64,000 nucleotides of DNA from Octopus sinensis (Eukaryota): contig NC_043000.1 of the NCBI RefSeq assembly GCF_006345805.1, positions 33,418,001 to 33,482,000 on the forward strand, given 5' to 3'. Below are positions 41,940-55,130 of the stretch, in pieces; the stretch's first letter is position 1, and every line of letters starts with the position of its first letter. Under the pieces are notes generated by a model, which saw only the letters and a list, made by a program, of their open reading frames with translations, made no database searches and was not told where the DNA came from. The translations under genes and the position numbers were made by a program.

Positions 41940-43200
41940 GCCACATTCTTACATTGAAGAACCAAACCCTGAACCGAAACTCCGAATTAGACTCCTCATG
42001 CAAGCTCAACGTCTTAAAAACTTTAAAAGACTTTAAACCAAAAGATTTTTTCCTAATGGCTAAATATGAAACCTCTTCACCATATATATATATATGTATA
42101 TCTTCTTCATTAACTATCTCCAAAACTAATATTGCAAATCTACACTATACAAGCTATGCAGAAATTATCTAAGAGTTCTCAAATTTTCCCACAAAATTTC
42201 TAGAACAATTCGAAACACCTAAAAAAAACCCAAAAAAACAAACAAAAAAAGAAAAACAAACAAAATACATCACCACAAACATAAAAAACAAACAAAATCT
42301 TACAAAAGCCACACATATATTTATGCAAGGAGAAATAACCTGAATCGGAAATTTTTATAATACTCACTTTTTTTCATATTTTAATAAATACAAAAAAACA
42401 CTACATTTTATATAGTATGTACTCATATACATGAAACCGAATATAAGAAATAATTATAAAAAACAGCCTACAAACTTCGCCTCCTTTCATACGTACATCA
42501 AAACATATAAATTGTAACCAAATACTTTCCAGAACAATGATTCCAAATATGCTGAGCGACGACTTTTAATCCTGCCTACATACTCTTGTAAACATTAAAA
42601 CATTTGATGAACACATTTTCCATACCAATATCACCGTGACATGCTTAACTAATAACCATCAGAGGAAGGAATAGAATCAAAGGAAAAACCATAAATACTT
42701 CCAACCTTCCGACTAAACAAGCCTTACCATAGACTTCTTGTTTTTTTTTTCTGAACCCTTAAATATCAATCGTTTAAAAGGTGATACACCAAATAACACA
42801 CCTAAATGGAAAAGTCGCTGGACCGAACCCTGAGATTTAACTTTCACATTCTCAAAGCAAAAGGTAAATATCCAATTAGTGTCTAAATAAAACCAACAAC
42901 AATCCAGCAACATTCTCTTGTGAAACCCTATGACCTGAAGATGACACACCTAAAAATACACACCTAATTACAAAACTCTGCATGCATGGATAAATTCTAA
43001 CAATTAGCACTTCTCCATATTTAATCAATGAAAAATTCTCCATGTCACATTGCCACCACAACCAACCAAACCGCATAATTACCAGCCAACGGAACTCAGG
43101 TTACTCAAGAACATTTAAAATTTAACAGAGGCGATATAAAGTCAAGATGAACTTAAATAAATTACACTCCAATGCTGGCTTAGCTGGTCGAAACTTTGAA
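41940..43200 (+). pseudogene. Further heavily decayed PLE-like RT sequence
   Basis: A-rich coding-like texture; a YxxDDxFI-like remnant near 42550. Weak. Confidence 0.3.
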
Positions 43201-43303
43201 GTCACTGTCATTACTATTCCAGTTAAATAATATACATATGTGCATATATTACATACACAAGTACACAGAAACACGCTTATATATATGTATATCCACTTAC
43301 ACG

Positions 43304-43408
<105 letters not shown>

Positions 43409-43883
43409 TATGTATATGTAATCAACAAATACCAGTAACACAAGTAAGGTTAAGAGGCAAAGAAGAAATATACAAAACAAATAATATAGTTGCACAAACA
43501 AAGATCCGTGACTGAAAAAAAAGTAGAATTATAAAGTGACAAAATAATAATCAAAGAGGTGTGCAATAAAAATACATACAAATAACACACATAGACATAC
43601 ATAAGCATAGGCATACGTTCACATGACATTTTAAAAAACGAGAGAAGACATGAAAAGAGACTGGAAAGAAAGAAACGCACACGAAACGAAAAATTCGCCA
43701 GTTTCAAATTTTGAAGCTGAAAATAAATGTAGAAAAAAGTAAAGAAAAAAAATGTGAAGATCAAACTAGAAATAAAAACGAAGAGCGCTTTATCGATCAA
43801 CAAAAATGGTAGCGAGACAGAAAGATAAATATGAACGTCGTTGTTTTTCCATGAAACGATGCATCCATGCGCACCTACGCACA

Positions 43884-44103
43884 CTCTTTTTACTCTTTTA
43901 CTAGTTTCAGTCATATGGCTGCGGCCATGCTGGAGCACCGCCTTTAGTCGAGAAAATCGACGCCAGAGCTTATTCTTTGTAAGCCTCTTACTTATTCTAT
44001 CGGTTTCTTTTGTCGAAGCGCTAAGCATAGGTTGTCAAGCGATATTGGGGGAAAAACACAGACACAAAAACATACACACACACACACACCACATATATAT
44101 ATG

Positions 44104-44193
<90 letters not shown>

Positions 44194-44328
44194 TATACGA
44201 CAGGAATTTTCCAGTTTCCGCCCACCAAATCCACTCACAAGGCTTGCCCAAGGTGCCACGCAGTGGGACTGAACCCGGAACAATGTAATTGGTAAGCAAG
44301 CTACTTACCACACAGCCACTCCTGCGCC
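43884..44328 (-). mobile_element. SINE family A, full length with internal deletions
   Basis: CTCTTTTTACTCTTTTACTAGTTTCAGTCA...CTTACCACACAGCCACTCCTGCGCC. Confidence 0.9.
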
Positions 44329-45107
44329 TAAACAGCCACCCCTGCACCTCACACACACACGCACGCATATATATATATGGGGAGAGAGAGAGTAGAGAGG
44401 GGAAGGCAGAGGGAGAAAGAGGGGCTGAGCTACATTGTATTTGTCTTAGTCTTTCTAATACTCGCTGTTTAGGTGTAAGATATTTATTCAATATTTGAAC
44501 ATATCACCGACAAATGCACATTATAGAACTTAGTCTAGCCATTTCACCTAAGTCTGGTTTGTGTTTGATTTCAATAGCGATTATTATCAAATTATCTTTG
44601 TGGGTTGATCAATGAAAAATATTTATTCCCTAAAGAGTGGCTAAATAAACCTGAAGCACATCAGGATATCACTTTATCTGTATGAGCAGAGCAAGACGCT
44701 TAAGTCTGGTTCCATTTAAAATGAGAGAACAAGGAACCATGTTGGTCCTACGGAGGGCATTTTTTTCTCAATCGTCTATTTTATTGTTTTCCACTATGGC
44801 CACCAACAATTGCGGAATTCATAGCAACACAACATTATTAAATCAAGCTTGATTCTCTGAGGTGGATTAGTTATTAGAAACGAAATCAAAACTAAATCTC
44901 TGTTCTCTGTAGTGAGGAAGGAAAAAACGCGCTGCGCTGCGACATCTTTGCTACCATCAGTATTTTTTTATTTTGACAACAGTTTAGTTTCTGTTTCTTA
45001 TAAAGTCATGCAGCTACTTCGCTTTTTGCCTAATTCTATCGACTTCACGTTTGTAGCATTGCATTATGTTATCAACTTCATAAACTGCCTAGGTAAAGTC
45101 GAAATAA

Positions 45108-45186
45108 CATCCACCGGCCTGAACATCCACCGGCCTGGAAACCCACCGGCCTGACATTCACCGGCCTGACATTCACCGGCCTGACA
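45108..45186. repeat. 15-16-bp tandem repeat CATTCACCGGCCTGA, 5 copies
   Basis: Directly visible. Confidence 0.9.
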
Positions 45187-45514
45187 ACGTTTTTGTCTAT
45201 TACTCTCAAACAATGCTCCGCAGTTTTAGCCTTCACACTCACTAAACACCCCAACCTTTCCTTCACTTCTAATTCATCTCTTTCTCCCTTTCTTTCACTC
45301 TTTCTCTCATCCTCTCCTGTGTTCTAACTCGATCTTTGGACATACATTGCAATGCATTCACTTCTCATAGAGGACGACACCTCTGGCCTTGTCAACTGTC
45401 TTATTATTGCACTCACTTTCAATGTCTCAAAAGTGATGGAAATGACCCTTAAGAATAACGTTCTTCATTAAATCTCTCTCTCTCTCTCTCTTTCTTTGTC
45501 TTCTTAAAGGCCTC

Positions 45515-45960
45515 ATCTACGATATTTCTAAGGCAAGACCTATTAGCGAGAAACTCTCCTATATTAATCATCAGAAGCTCAAACTTCGAGAAATTTGATG
45601 CCTTTAGTATTGATAAAAGCTTTCGACCGGGTGTAGCATGTGCATATCCTGCCGAAAGTATTCGCCTCTGCGCTCCCCCAGCTTTCCGTATCTTCGATCG
45701 GTAGCTTGCTGTTACATCCAAGACATGCGCTGTGCTGACTGATCCAGACATTAAATGCAGACGTTCTTCATTGTTCGGTTTGTATCCTGCATTCATTCTC
45801 CCACACATTAATAACCTACTTGCCGTCATCTCCTATGAAGAAGTCACCTCTCTTCGTTCCTTCCAAATTTTTCGTACGTAAGCTTCCTCCACATACAACC
45901 CAGAAACCTCACATCATTTCTCCAGTGACTCCAGGAAGGGAGACCTCGAAAACAGCCTCC
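45515..45960 (+). pseudogene. Decayed LINE RT (CR1/Jockey-like)
   Basis: AAAGCTTTCGACCGGGTGTAGCAT = KAFDRV*H. LNADVLHCSV...FLPHINNL resembles INAGVPQGSV...LLHINDL. Confidence 0.65.
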
Positions 45961-46613
45961 ACTGATTTATGACAATCTTCTTTCCTTCGGCATCAAATAA
46001 AACAAATTCACAATCAACTCATCTATTGGCACAAATATCTTCAGGCAGGGACTTGTGTGTCAATTTAATGGACTCCGCTACCTCTTAACCTACAACCTTA
46101 CAACAATGTTGCCTTGTGTCGATTTGAGAAATAAATATTCCTATTTAATTTATCTGAGATTGATTGATGAAAAACGAAATCTATCTCGACAAAATTTCAA
46201 ATCCCAAGGGAAGTCTAGAAACAAATTGTGATGTTTCTGTTTTCCCCATTTGTCGTAAATTATATCTCATGTGTTTTCCTTCCATTTTATTCGTAGTTTT
46301 CGGCCAAAACGAAGTAAATATATTTTTTAATAAGTTCGCCGTGGATTAGAAAAGCTATTAATATCTCTACGATCAATGGCAGCATATTTTGTGAGTCCTC
46401 AAGAGACATTAACAACCAGAGTAAAATAAAACAGTCACAAGAACTGTCAATGAATTTCTCCATGTTTTATAAAGTCTTTTATGGGGAATCAAGAATGCTT
46501 CAATGGCGTTGTGGGATATTGCTTTGGTTTATAGACTTGGAGATGAAGACAAATGCTTTAGTAATTAATACAAGGCCTGCGCAACGTTTATTTAGACTTC
46601 TGTAGGTTAAGGT

Positions 46614-47107
46614 GTGGCGTTATGGTAAGAAGTTTGCTCTCCGACCGCATAGTTGCGAGTTCCTTGGGCAAATATCTTCTGTCTCGGGTTGACCAAAATC
46701 TTGTGAGTGGATTTGGTGAAGGAAAACTGAAACAAGCCACACACAGATACACACACACGCACATACACACGCACGCACACACACGCACGCACGCATGTAC
46801 ACACACACATACACACTCACACACGCGCGCACACACACACACATATGTATATATAATATGTATATATTTGTGTGTGCGAGTGTGTGCGTCTTCGTGTCTG
46901 TCCTCTCACTGCTTGATAACCAATGTTGGTTTGCTTACGTCCTCGTAACTTAGCGATTCGGCAAAAAAGACTGATAGGATAAGTACTAGGCTTAAAAAAA
47001 AAGAAAGAAAAACAAATACTGGGGTCGACTCATTCGACTAAAATCTCGGCAAGGCACTGCCCCAGCAACGCTGCAGCCGAACGACTGAGACAAGCAGAAG
47101 ATAAAAG
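46614..47107 (+). mobile_element. SINE family A, diverged
   Basis: Head, internal (CA)/(TG) tract, CGTAACTTAGCGATTCGGC and tail. Confidence 0.85.
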
Positions 47108-47801
47108 CTAAAAGAAATGATTGCTACAGCTGGGGCGGTGCACATTATTTAGTAAACATCCGTTTTCAACGTCGCAGTGTAGCGTAGACATGGCACTTAA
47201 AATCGCATAGTTTTCTCTTTGTAACAACAAAAGGAAGCCCGGCCTTTCACAGCAAAAAACTAAAACTGTATTTTTGCTGAAACCACACATTCGAAGGCAA
47301 GAAGCCCGGCCAAAGCAATACATTACGGCCCCTACTTTCACAACGACGCCTTACATTGATGAGCATTGGTTCCCTTAGATACGAGCAACTCTCGAGCAAC
47401 GGCCAAATGTGTCCATGCTTTAGGACGGCACCAGCTGTAGTTCTGGTTTGTACATCTCTTTAACTTACATCTCTATGTTTTAGTACTTGCCTGTATTTAT
47501 CAGTGGAAGAGTTGTCGAGGTATCAGATTAGAAAGAATAAATCGACTTTGGTAGATATATATATTTTTGCAATAATTGGAATTATATAGAAACTGGTGTT
47601 TTGTAGCCTACAATTTCTTAACAGCTGGAAGAGATTAGAAACTGCCAAAGGAGATCAATAAAATAACTTAGCGGTTCACACAAATTGTCAGAGTTGCCTT
47701 AAAGACTGGTTCTTCATCTTCAATGAGTAGCAGAGATGATATAACGTCACAAAATGTTGCTGTGTGGTAAGTAGCTTGCTTCCCAACCATATGGTTACGG
47801 G

Positions 47802-48648
47802 TTATTTTGTCGATATCCTTTGGCGGACCGCTATTTTATTTTATCGCTCACGTTGGCGAAGCGCTAATTTATTTTATCGATCGCCTTTGGCGAACCACTA
47901 GTTTATTCACTCGATCTCCTTTGGCGAACTGCTAAATTATTTTATCGAACTCGTGTGGCGAACCGATTGTATTATTTTATCGAACACCTTTGGCGAAACG
48001 CTATGTTATTGTATCGATTACATTTGGCGAACCGCTACATTATTTTATCGATCTCGTTTGGCGAACCACTATGTTATTTTATCGATCTGCTTTCGCGAAC
48101 CGCTAAGTTATTTTATTGATCTTCCTTGGCAAAGCGCTAAGTTATTTTATCGATCTCGATTGGCGTACCGCTATAGTATCTTATCGAACACGTTTGGCGA
48201 ACCGCTAAGTTAATTTATCGATCTCTTTTGGCGAACCGCTAGTTGGTTTTATCAATCTCCTTTGGCAAAGCGCTAAGTTATTTTATGGACCTGCTTTGGC
48301 GAACCGCTAAGTTGTTTTATTGATGACCATTGGCGAACCGTTTGGTGAACACGTTTGGCGAACTGCAAAGTTAATTTATCGATCTCGTTTGGCGAACCGC
48401 TAAGTTATTTTATCGATCTTGTTTGGCGGACCGCTAAGTTATTTTATTTATCTCCTTTGGCGAAGAGTTATGTTATTTTATCGACCCCCTTTGGCGAACC
48501 GCTAAGTTATTTTATCGAATTCTTTTGGCGAGCCGCTAAGTTATTTTATCGATCTCCTTTGGTGAACTGCTAATTATTTTATAGAACACCTTTGGCGAAC
48601 CGCTAAGTTATTTTATCGATCTGAATTGGCGAACTGCTAAGTTATTTA
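47802..48648. repeat. 34-bp minisatellite (~25 copies) derived from SINE A
   Basis: Unit TTATTTTATCGATCTCCTTTGGCGAACCGCTAAG versus SINE A minus strand TATTCTATCGGTCTCTTTTGCCGAACCGCTAAG (1953-1985). Confidence 0.9.
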
Positions 48649-48649
48649 A

Positions 48650-48946
48650 AGATTGGACACCTTTTGCCCGATTTCAATCTAATTTTGAACATGGTAAAGT
48701 GGAAGCGGATTAGCAATTTAAGCGCGGAAATCTAATTTTTATAAATGGGAGAGAGACAGAGAAAGATAGAGAGTAAGCAATAATACGGGAGAGTCCGAGA
48801 GAAAGGAAGAGTAAGAGAGTGTGAAAGTGAAAGAGAAAGGAGAGAGAAACAAAGAGGGAGAATGTGGCAATAAGAAACAGAAAGGAAGCAACAGAAGGTA
48901 ACAACCACACCCTCACCCGCGTGTAGAGCGGGTCACTTTAAACTAG
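48650..48946 (+). mobile_element. Helitron-like 3' end
   Basis: Hairpin ACCCGC-GTGTAGA-GCGGGT then CTAG (48943-48946). The last ~200 bp are duplicated at 49890-50102. Confidence 0.7.
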
Positions 48947-50101
48947 TCAATATCTATAAAGCTGAAATGCGAAAAGTTTGGGTCATTTTAGGATTGGAAC
49001 GGGTTATGGGGCATTAGATGGGACATATAAAAAGAGGCGAGAAAGTAAGTGGACTAGGTTAGAAATCCCCATCTGAAAAGCTGTGGTTACTAGGGCAACA
49101 AAACCCACACTTTGACAGCTGTTTGTCGCTTCTCTCTTTCGCATATCAGCCTGTCTTCCTCTGTCTCTCTCTTTCCTTCCTTCCTTCCTTCCACTTTCTC
49201 TCTATAACGACGTTTGGCAGCTTCGTCTTTCTGTCACTCTTTCTTCCACCACCTCTCTCACTGTACGTCTGTCTGTATCTATAGAGAGAAAGCGTTGACA
49301 GCCGCAAAAGTTTAAATATTCCTGCCACTGGTATTTTAGAACGGTGAATTATTACGCTGATACAAATTGGATTTTTATGTGAAAAGGGGTCTAAATGGGG
49401 CTGGAAGGGGATTAAAATTTACAGGAGCGGGTGTTTTTATGAATTCTCTGTTATATCAAGCTAAAAAATTTGTGCCAGCCTTTAAATCGTCAATGTGTTT
49501 CTGACCGTCATGAAGAAATTTTGAATGCCTGCCATGGTGAGTCTACTGTCGTGAGAAAGAATCACTTCAAAACTTGGTGTTTAGGAATTTTCTTTTACAT
49601 CAAGTTCAAAAGTTTGCGCCAGCCGTTAAACTGCCAGTACGTTGCTGTCCGTCGTTAAGAAGTTTTGAATTCCAGCCAAGGTGAGTCTACTATCCTCAGA
49701 TTCTATCCCTTCAGACTTTGGTTTCCAATATTTTTTTATTTTTATTCAGCTCGCTAGTTCGTCTGTCCCTTTTAAATGTTAGTGTTTCGCTGTCTGCCTT
49801 GAAGCAGACCTTTCCGTTGTCACTGCCTGATATTTATAATTGATCTTTCAAAATATTTTCTTTTTCAACTTACTCAAGATCTTTTGTTCTTTATAAATGA
49901 GAAAGAGATAGATAGAGAAAGATAGAGAGTAAGAGAAAGCGAGGGAGAGTCCGAGAGAAAGGAAGAGTAAGAGAGTGAGAAAGTGAGAGAGAAAGGAGAG
50001 ATAATCAAAGAGGGAGAATGTGGCGATAAGAAACAGAAAGGTAGCAACAGAAAGTAACAACCACACTCTCACCCGCGCGTAGAGCGGGTCATCTTAAGCT
50101 A

Positions 50102-50102
<1 letters not shown>
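48947..50102 (+). mobile_element. Non-autonomous Helitron-like element
   Basis: 5' TC(AATATCTATAAAG), 3' hairpin ACCCGC/GCGGGT plus CTAG|T, no TSD, internal ~140-bp diverged repeat (49460-49760). Confidence 0.75.
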
Positions 50103-50160
<58 letters not shown>

Positions 50161-50163
<3 letters not shown>

Positions 50164-50370
50164 GTTTTTGGATTATTTATATGAGTTCGTGTGTTGAAGC
50201 ATATTCTGTTGTGTCTTGAGAGAGTCATTTTCTTTTTGTGCCTGAAAAGGTTGCAAGACGCAACGAAAATTTTAGGAAAATAAAAACACGAAATAAGTGG
50301 AAATTTTACCGGTGAGTGTGTTAAATTATAAGGCAAAAAAAGAAAATGACTCTCCCCAGACACAACAGTG
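50161..50370. mobile_element. Short element in (TA)n with 38-bp inverted arms and a hammerhead-like motif
   Basis: Arms 50206-50243 / 50331-50368. CTGAAAA-G-GTTGC AAGAC GCAAC-GAAA-ATTTTA at 50242-50274. Confidence 0.65.
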
Positions 50371-50378
50371 TATATATA

Positions 50379-50407
<29 letters not shown>

Positions 50408-50416
<9 letters not shown>

Positions 50417-50507
50417 GGGTTAATTGCAACAAGTTGCTCAAAACCACAAACCGAAAATATTAGGTATGTGGTTTTGAGCAACTTGTTGCAATTAACCCTT
50501 AATTATA
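50408..50507. repeat. Near-perfect ~100-bp palindrome in (TA)n
   Basis: TATAATTAAGGGTTAATTGCAACAAGTTGCTCAAAACCACA ... TGTGGTTTTGAGCAACTTGTTGCAATTAACCCTTAATTATA. Confidence 0.9.
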
Positions 50508-50606
50508 ATTATTATAACCCTTACCAAATATGGTCTTTTCCATACCGATAAATCTACTAGGTGAAATTTATTAATTTTATTTAATTAATTATATTCCACC
50601 CTTTTT

Positions 50607-50648
<42 letters not shown>

Positions 50649-51491
50649 AATATGTATATATATATATGTGCAGGAAATTGTCCTAAAAGTGTGAGATCCA
50701 CGAGAAATTTCTGTAAGGGGACCATTGAAATAGGGTGTTTGTATGTAGGCCTTCCATGAAAGTGAAGAGCGGGTCACCCTGCTGCATTAAAAAAAATCAA
50801 ACTTTGATAACAGTCAAATCTTAAGCGAATGGAAAATATACGAATTAAAATCGGTGGAGCAAATAGGGAGACAAATGAGCACTTTTATCCGGGGCTTATT
50901 TATCTGGGGCAACACTGGGACACATCGAAATGAGTTCGTACCTGCCCACAATGATTTACTTTATTATTTTTTAGTTTTTTGGCTCGAATAAACAAGACGT
51001 AGCAGAAACAATAGTACCCAGTCACCAGTTTGTTCTGTATGACTGTTGTTGTTGTTGTTGCTGTTGTTGTAGTTGTTGTGGTTACTAACTTACTATATCA
51101 AATTCCAATCCTCAAAACAATAACACTGCACACCAACATTCTACTACGCCGCCACCGCTTCACTTCACTTCACGGGAGTATCAAATGCTCAGAGGGCACC
51201 ATATTTATCCCTCCTCCTCCTCTGCTTCCTCCTACTTTTCCTACTGCCCCCCTCCAGTTCACTATTCCTGTAACACGTTACTCCCCCGCCCACTTACGGC
51301 CCGCCCTCCCCCCACCTCCCCAAATTCCACAGTTATGCTTCTGTGCAGATTTTGGAGGATTCCGCAAAATTGCAATCGATATCATCAAATTATGATGGCG
51401 GACAAACAGAAATCTAATTTAAAATGAAATTAGTAATGAGCTTGCAGGTGTTATTGTGCTTGTTGTTCTCTTGCCAGTATTGCTGTGTAAC

Positions 51492-51525
<34 letters not shown>

Positions 51526-51628
51526 ACAACAACAAAAACAACAGCAGTAATAATAATAAAAACAACAATAATCATTGTAACAAAAGTAATAATAATAATA
51601 ATAATAATAACACTAAAAATAGTAGTAA

Positions 51629-52190
51629 TCATTTCTGCTATAGGCACAAAGCCTGAAATTTGGTGGGGTGGACTGGTCGATGAGATCAACCCCAGTGCGT
51701 AACTGGTACTTAATTTATCGGCCCCGAATTGATGAAAGGTGAAGTCGACGTCGGTGGAATGTGAACTCAGAAAGTAGCTGCAGACGAAATACCTATTTCT
51801 TTATTGTCCACAAGGGGCTAAACACAGAGAGGACAAACGGATTAAGTCGATTATATCGACCCCAGTGCGTAACTGGTATTTATTCAATCGACCCCGAAAG
51901 GATGAAAGGCAAAGTCGACCTCGGCGGAATTTGAACTCAGAACGTAGCGGCAGACGAAATACCAATTTCTTTACTACCCACAAGGGGCTAGACACAGAGA
52001 GGACAAAGAAGGACAGACAAACGGATCAAGTCGATTATATCGACCCTAGTGCGTAACTGGTACTTATTTAATCGACCCCGAAAGGATGAAAGGTAAAGTC
52101 GACCTCGGCGGAATTTGAACGTAGTAGCAGACGACATACCGCTAAGCATTTCGCCCGGCGTGCTAAAGTTTCTGCCAGCTCACCGCCTTA
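51629..52190 (-). mobile_element. SINE family B trimer with terminal type-2 tail
   Basis: Same head-B1-B1-B2 layout as 27198-27774. Confidence 0.9.
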
Positions 52191-52277
52191 ATAATAATAG
52201 TAACAATAATAATAATAATAACGGTAACAACAACATTAAGAACATCAACAATAACTAATAACAACAACAACAATAGC

Positions 52278-52535
52278 CCCACGAGGCTCCGGCAGGGGTG
52301 GTGGTGAACCCTGCTGTACATTTTCACCACGACTTTCTCTCACGCTTTCTTCCTGTTTCTGTTGTATCTGTCTTTTAAAGGGGCCAACCTGTGTCACAGC
52401 TAAATCTCCCCGGGAACTACGTTAATGGTAAACGTGTCTGTGGAGTGCTCAGCCACTTGCACATTAATTTCACGAGCAGACTGTTCCGTTGATCAGATCA
52501 ACTGGAACCCTCGTCGTCGCAACCGACGGAGTACC
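52278..52535 (+). mobile_element. SINE family C, 5'-truncated
   Basis: Aligns with 4669-4933. Confidence 0.88.
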
Positions 52536-52829
52536 GCGACATAAATATATAATAATGTATTTATTATTGTATAAAATGTAATAATATAAAATATAATTAA
52601 ACAATGATAGTGATGCTATAATGCAATATATCGTTAATATATTATGGTTACTAGTAGCAGTAGTAGTAGTGTTGTTTGTGTTGCTGCTAGTGTTGCTATC
52701 AATTTTATGCCCCAGTGATTTCTGCGAGATTGTAATGTTTGTTTTGGTATTTTCTGGAACACTGATTGGTGCGATCTAATGCAATAGTGCGTAGAATTTA
52801 GTGAGTATATCAACAGAACTTAGACAATA

Positions 52830-53040
52830 TAGAATCCATAATATAGTGTATTCGGTTTCGATTCGCGAACCGGGCGATGCATTATGTCTCTGAGTAAAAG
52901 ACTTTCACGTTGCTACAGTCCACTCGGCCGTAAATGACTAACCTTGCAATGGACCGGTGTCACGTTGAGGGACAATGCTGTGACCTTGGTTACTTATAAG
53001 CTAAGGAGACCGGATATCCGGTCCTATGAATTCTAGGAAA
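52830..53040 (+). mobile_element. Old SINE, related in its middle part to family D
   Basis: GGTTTCGATTC B box; TGAGTAAAAGACTTTCACGTTGCTACAGTCCAC resembles 55927-55963. Confidence 0.6.
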
Positions 53041-53221
53041 TCAAGACAATCCATTATTTAAAATGATGTATACAAGGGCGTATTATATTATAGTGCGTAT
53101 TTTACTTAGCATGGATTATAGTGTTTAGTATCGATAACACTATGGTGTATATAACAGTTTATATAATGTTGACAGTGTGACGGTGTATATAATATTACGA
53201 CCGAGGATGGAATAGCATTTA

Positions 53222-53880
53222 CAGAAATCCCTCGACTATCGCGGGCGTTACGTTCCAAAACCACTCGCGCCAGGTGAAAATCTGTGAAGTAGAAACAGTA
53301 CAGTATATATTTTTTATATCATTTTAATAATTTGTATATATTTATTTTATTATAAATGCAAAGCACCAGCACGGAGGAATCGACGTGAGCTTAAATAATT
53401 GTAACGGGACGAAAGGTCTGTAACACTGGAGGGGTGCAGCTCTCATCCTTTACATTAAATTATTAATCGAAAGAAAAGCCAAGACTTCTGAATATCTTCA
53501 ACAGCATAAATATTTTAGTTCTGGATTCGCAATATATACATTCTTCTTCAGGGCGAATCGGTTGCCTAGGAGCTCGTCGCAGTAGTCAAATGGAGTGAGC
53601 CAAATCCTGTCCGTTCAAGCACTGTGTAGCAACGCCACGAGGTGGCAGCTTGGGAGAGCTGTTAAAACACGTCCTTCCTGCTAGGCTGTCAGCATTCGAG
53701 AGAGCATGCGCATGAGGGAACTTCCGGCAGGCCTGCCGGAAGAATTCAACTCTGCACATGCGCGCTGAAAACCTCCAAAATGGCGTCACTACATAATAAA
53801 CCGTGATAGGCAAACCGTGATAGGTGAACCGCGATAGGTGAACCGCGGTAGATGAACCGCAATATGGTGCGGTATTACAG
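53222..53880. mobile_element. pogo/Tigger-like MITE
   Basis: TA|CAGAAATCCCTCGACTATCGCGG ... CCGCAATATGGTGCGGTATTACAG|TA: degenerate ~24-bp TIRs with TA flanks. Subterminal 14-bp repeats AACCGCGATAGGTG x5. Confidence 0.7.
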
Positions 53881-54019
53881 TAATGAAAATGACGGTAATT
53901 ATGACATGCGCATAACAATCTATCTCAGAACTTTACGATCGTGAACAGAATAACGTAACCACTAAGCCACGCGCCTTCGCTGGTGTATATAAGAGGTATG
54001 TATAATCGTACACACAGAA

Positions 54020-54572
54020 CTGTCATCCGGTCGGTTGCAGCGACGAATGCTCCAGCTGGTCTGATCAACGGAAAAGCTGGCTTGTGAAATTAAGATGCAA
54101 GTGGCTGAGTATACCTATTTCTTTACTACCCACAAGGGGCTAAACACAGAGAGGACAAACAAGGACAGACAAACGGATTAAGTCGATTATATCGACCCCA
54201 GTGCGAAACTAGTACTTAATTTATCGACCCCGGAAGGATGAAAGGCAATGTCGACCTCGGCGGAATTTGAACTCAGAACATAACGGCAGACGAAATACAG
54301 CTATGCATTTCGCCCGGCGTGCTAACGGTTCTGCCAGCTCGCCGCCTTAAGGTGGCTGAGTATACCCTTAATGTAGTTCTCAGGGAGATTCAACTTGACA
54401 CAGAGTGTGACAAAGATGACCTTGGGAATTACTGGTACAACACATTTTTGCCAGCTGACTGGACTGGAGCAACGTGAAATAAAGTGTGTTGCTCAACGAC
54501 GACACAATGCGAACTCAAAACCTTACGATCGTGAACCAAATAACGTAACCACTAAGCCACGCTCCTTCACTG
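54020..54572 (-). mobile_element. SINE family D interrupted by a SINE B monomer (54116-54351)
   Basis: TSD GTGGCTGAGTATACC at 54101-54115 / 54352-54366. A second D head lies at ~53925-53985. Confidence 0.88.
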
Positions 54573-54589
54573 GTATATATATTCGTACT

Positions 54590-55130
54590 CACACACACAC
54601 ACACACCAGTACACACACACACACACACCCGTACACACACACACACACGTACACACATACACGCGCGCACACACACCCGTACATACACGCATACACGCGT
54701 ACACATATGCACACATACACGCACACACAGGTACACACACGCCTACACACTCGCACACCCACACACACACACACACACGTACACACATACACGAGCGTAC
54801 ATACACCCGTACATACACGCATACACACGTATACATATGGACACACATACACGCACACACACGTACACACACACGCCTACACACACACACGTACACACAT
54901 ACATACGCGTACACACACCCGTACATACACGCATACACACGTACACATATGCACACACATACACGCTCGCACACATACACACACGCGCCTACACACACGC
55001 ACACACACACACGTACACACATACACGCGCGCACACACACCCGTACATACACGCATACACACGTACACATATGCACACATACACGCACACACACGTACAC
55101 ACACACACACACACACACGTACACACACAT
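54590..55130. repeat. (CA)-rich higher-order repeat, ~110-130-bp period, about 4 copies
   Basis: Recurrent ACACCCGTACATACACGCATACAC..CATATG. Confidence 0.8.

Noticed and set aside
47802-48648. CRISPR-like repeat/spacer array
   Set aside because: The variable part is only ~6 nt and the unit derives from a SINE.
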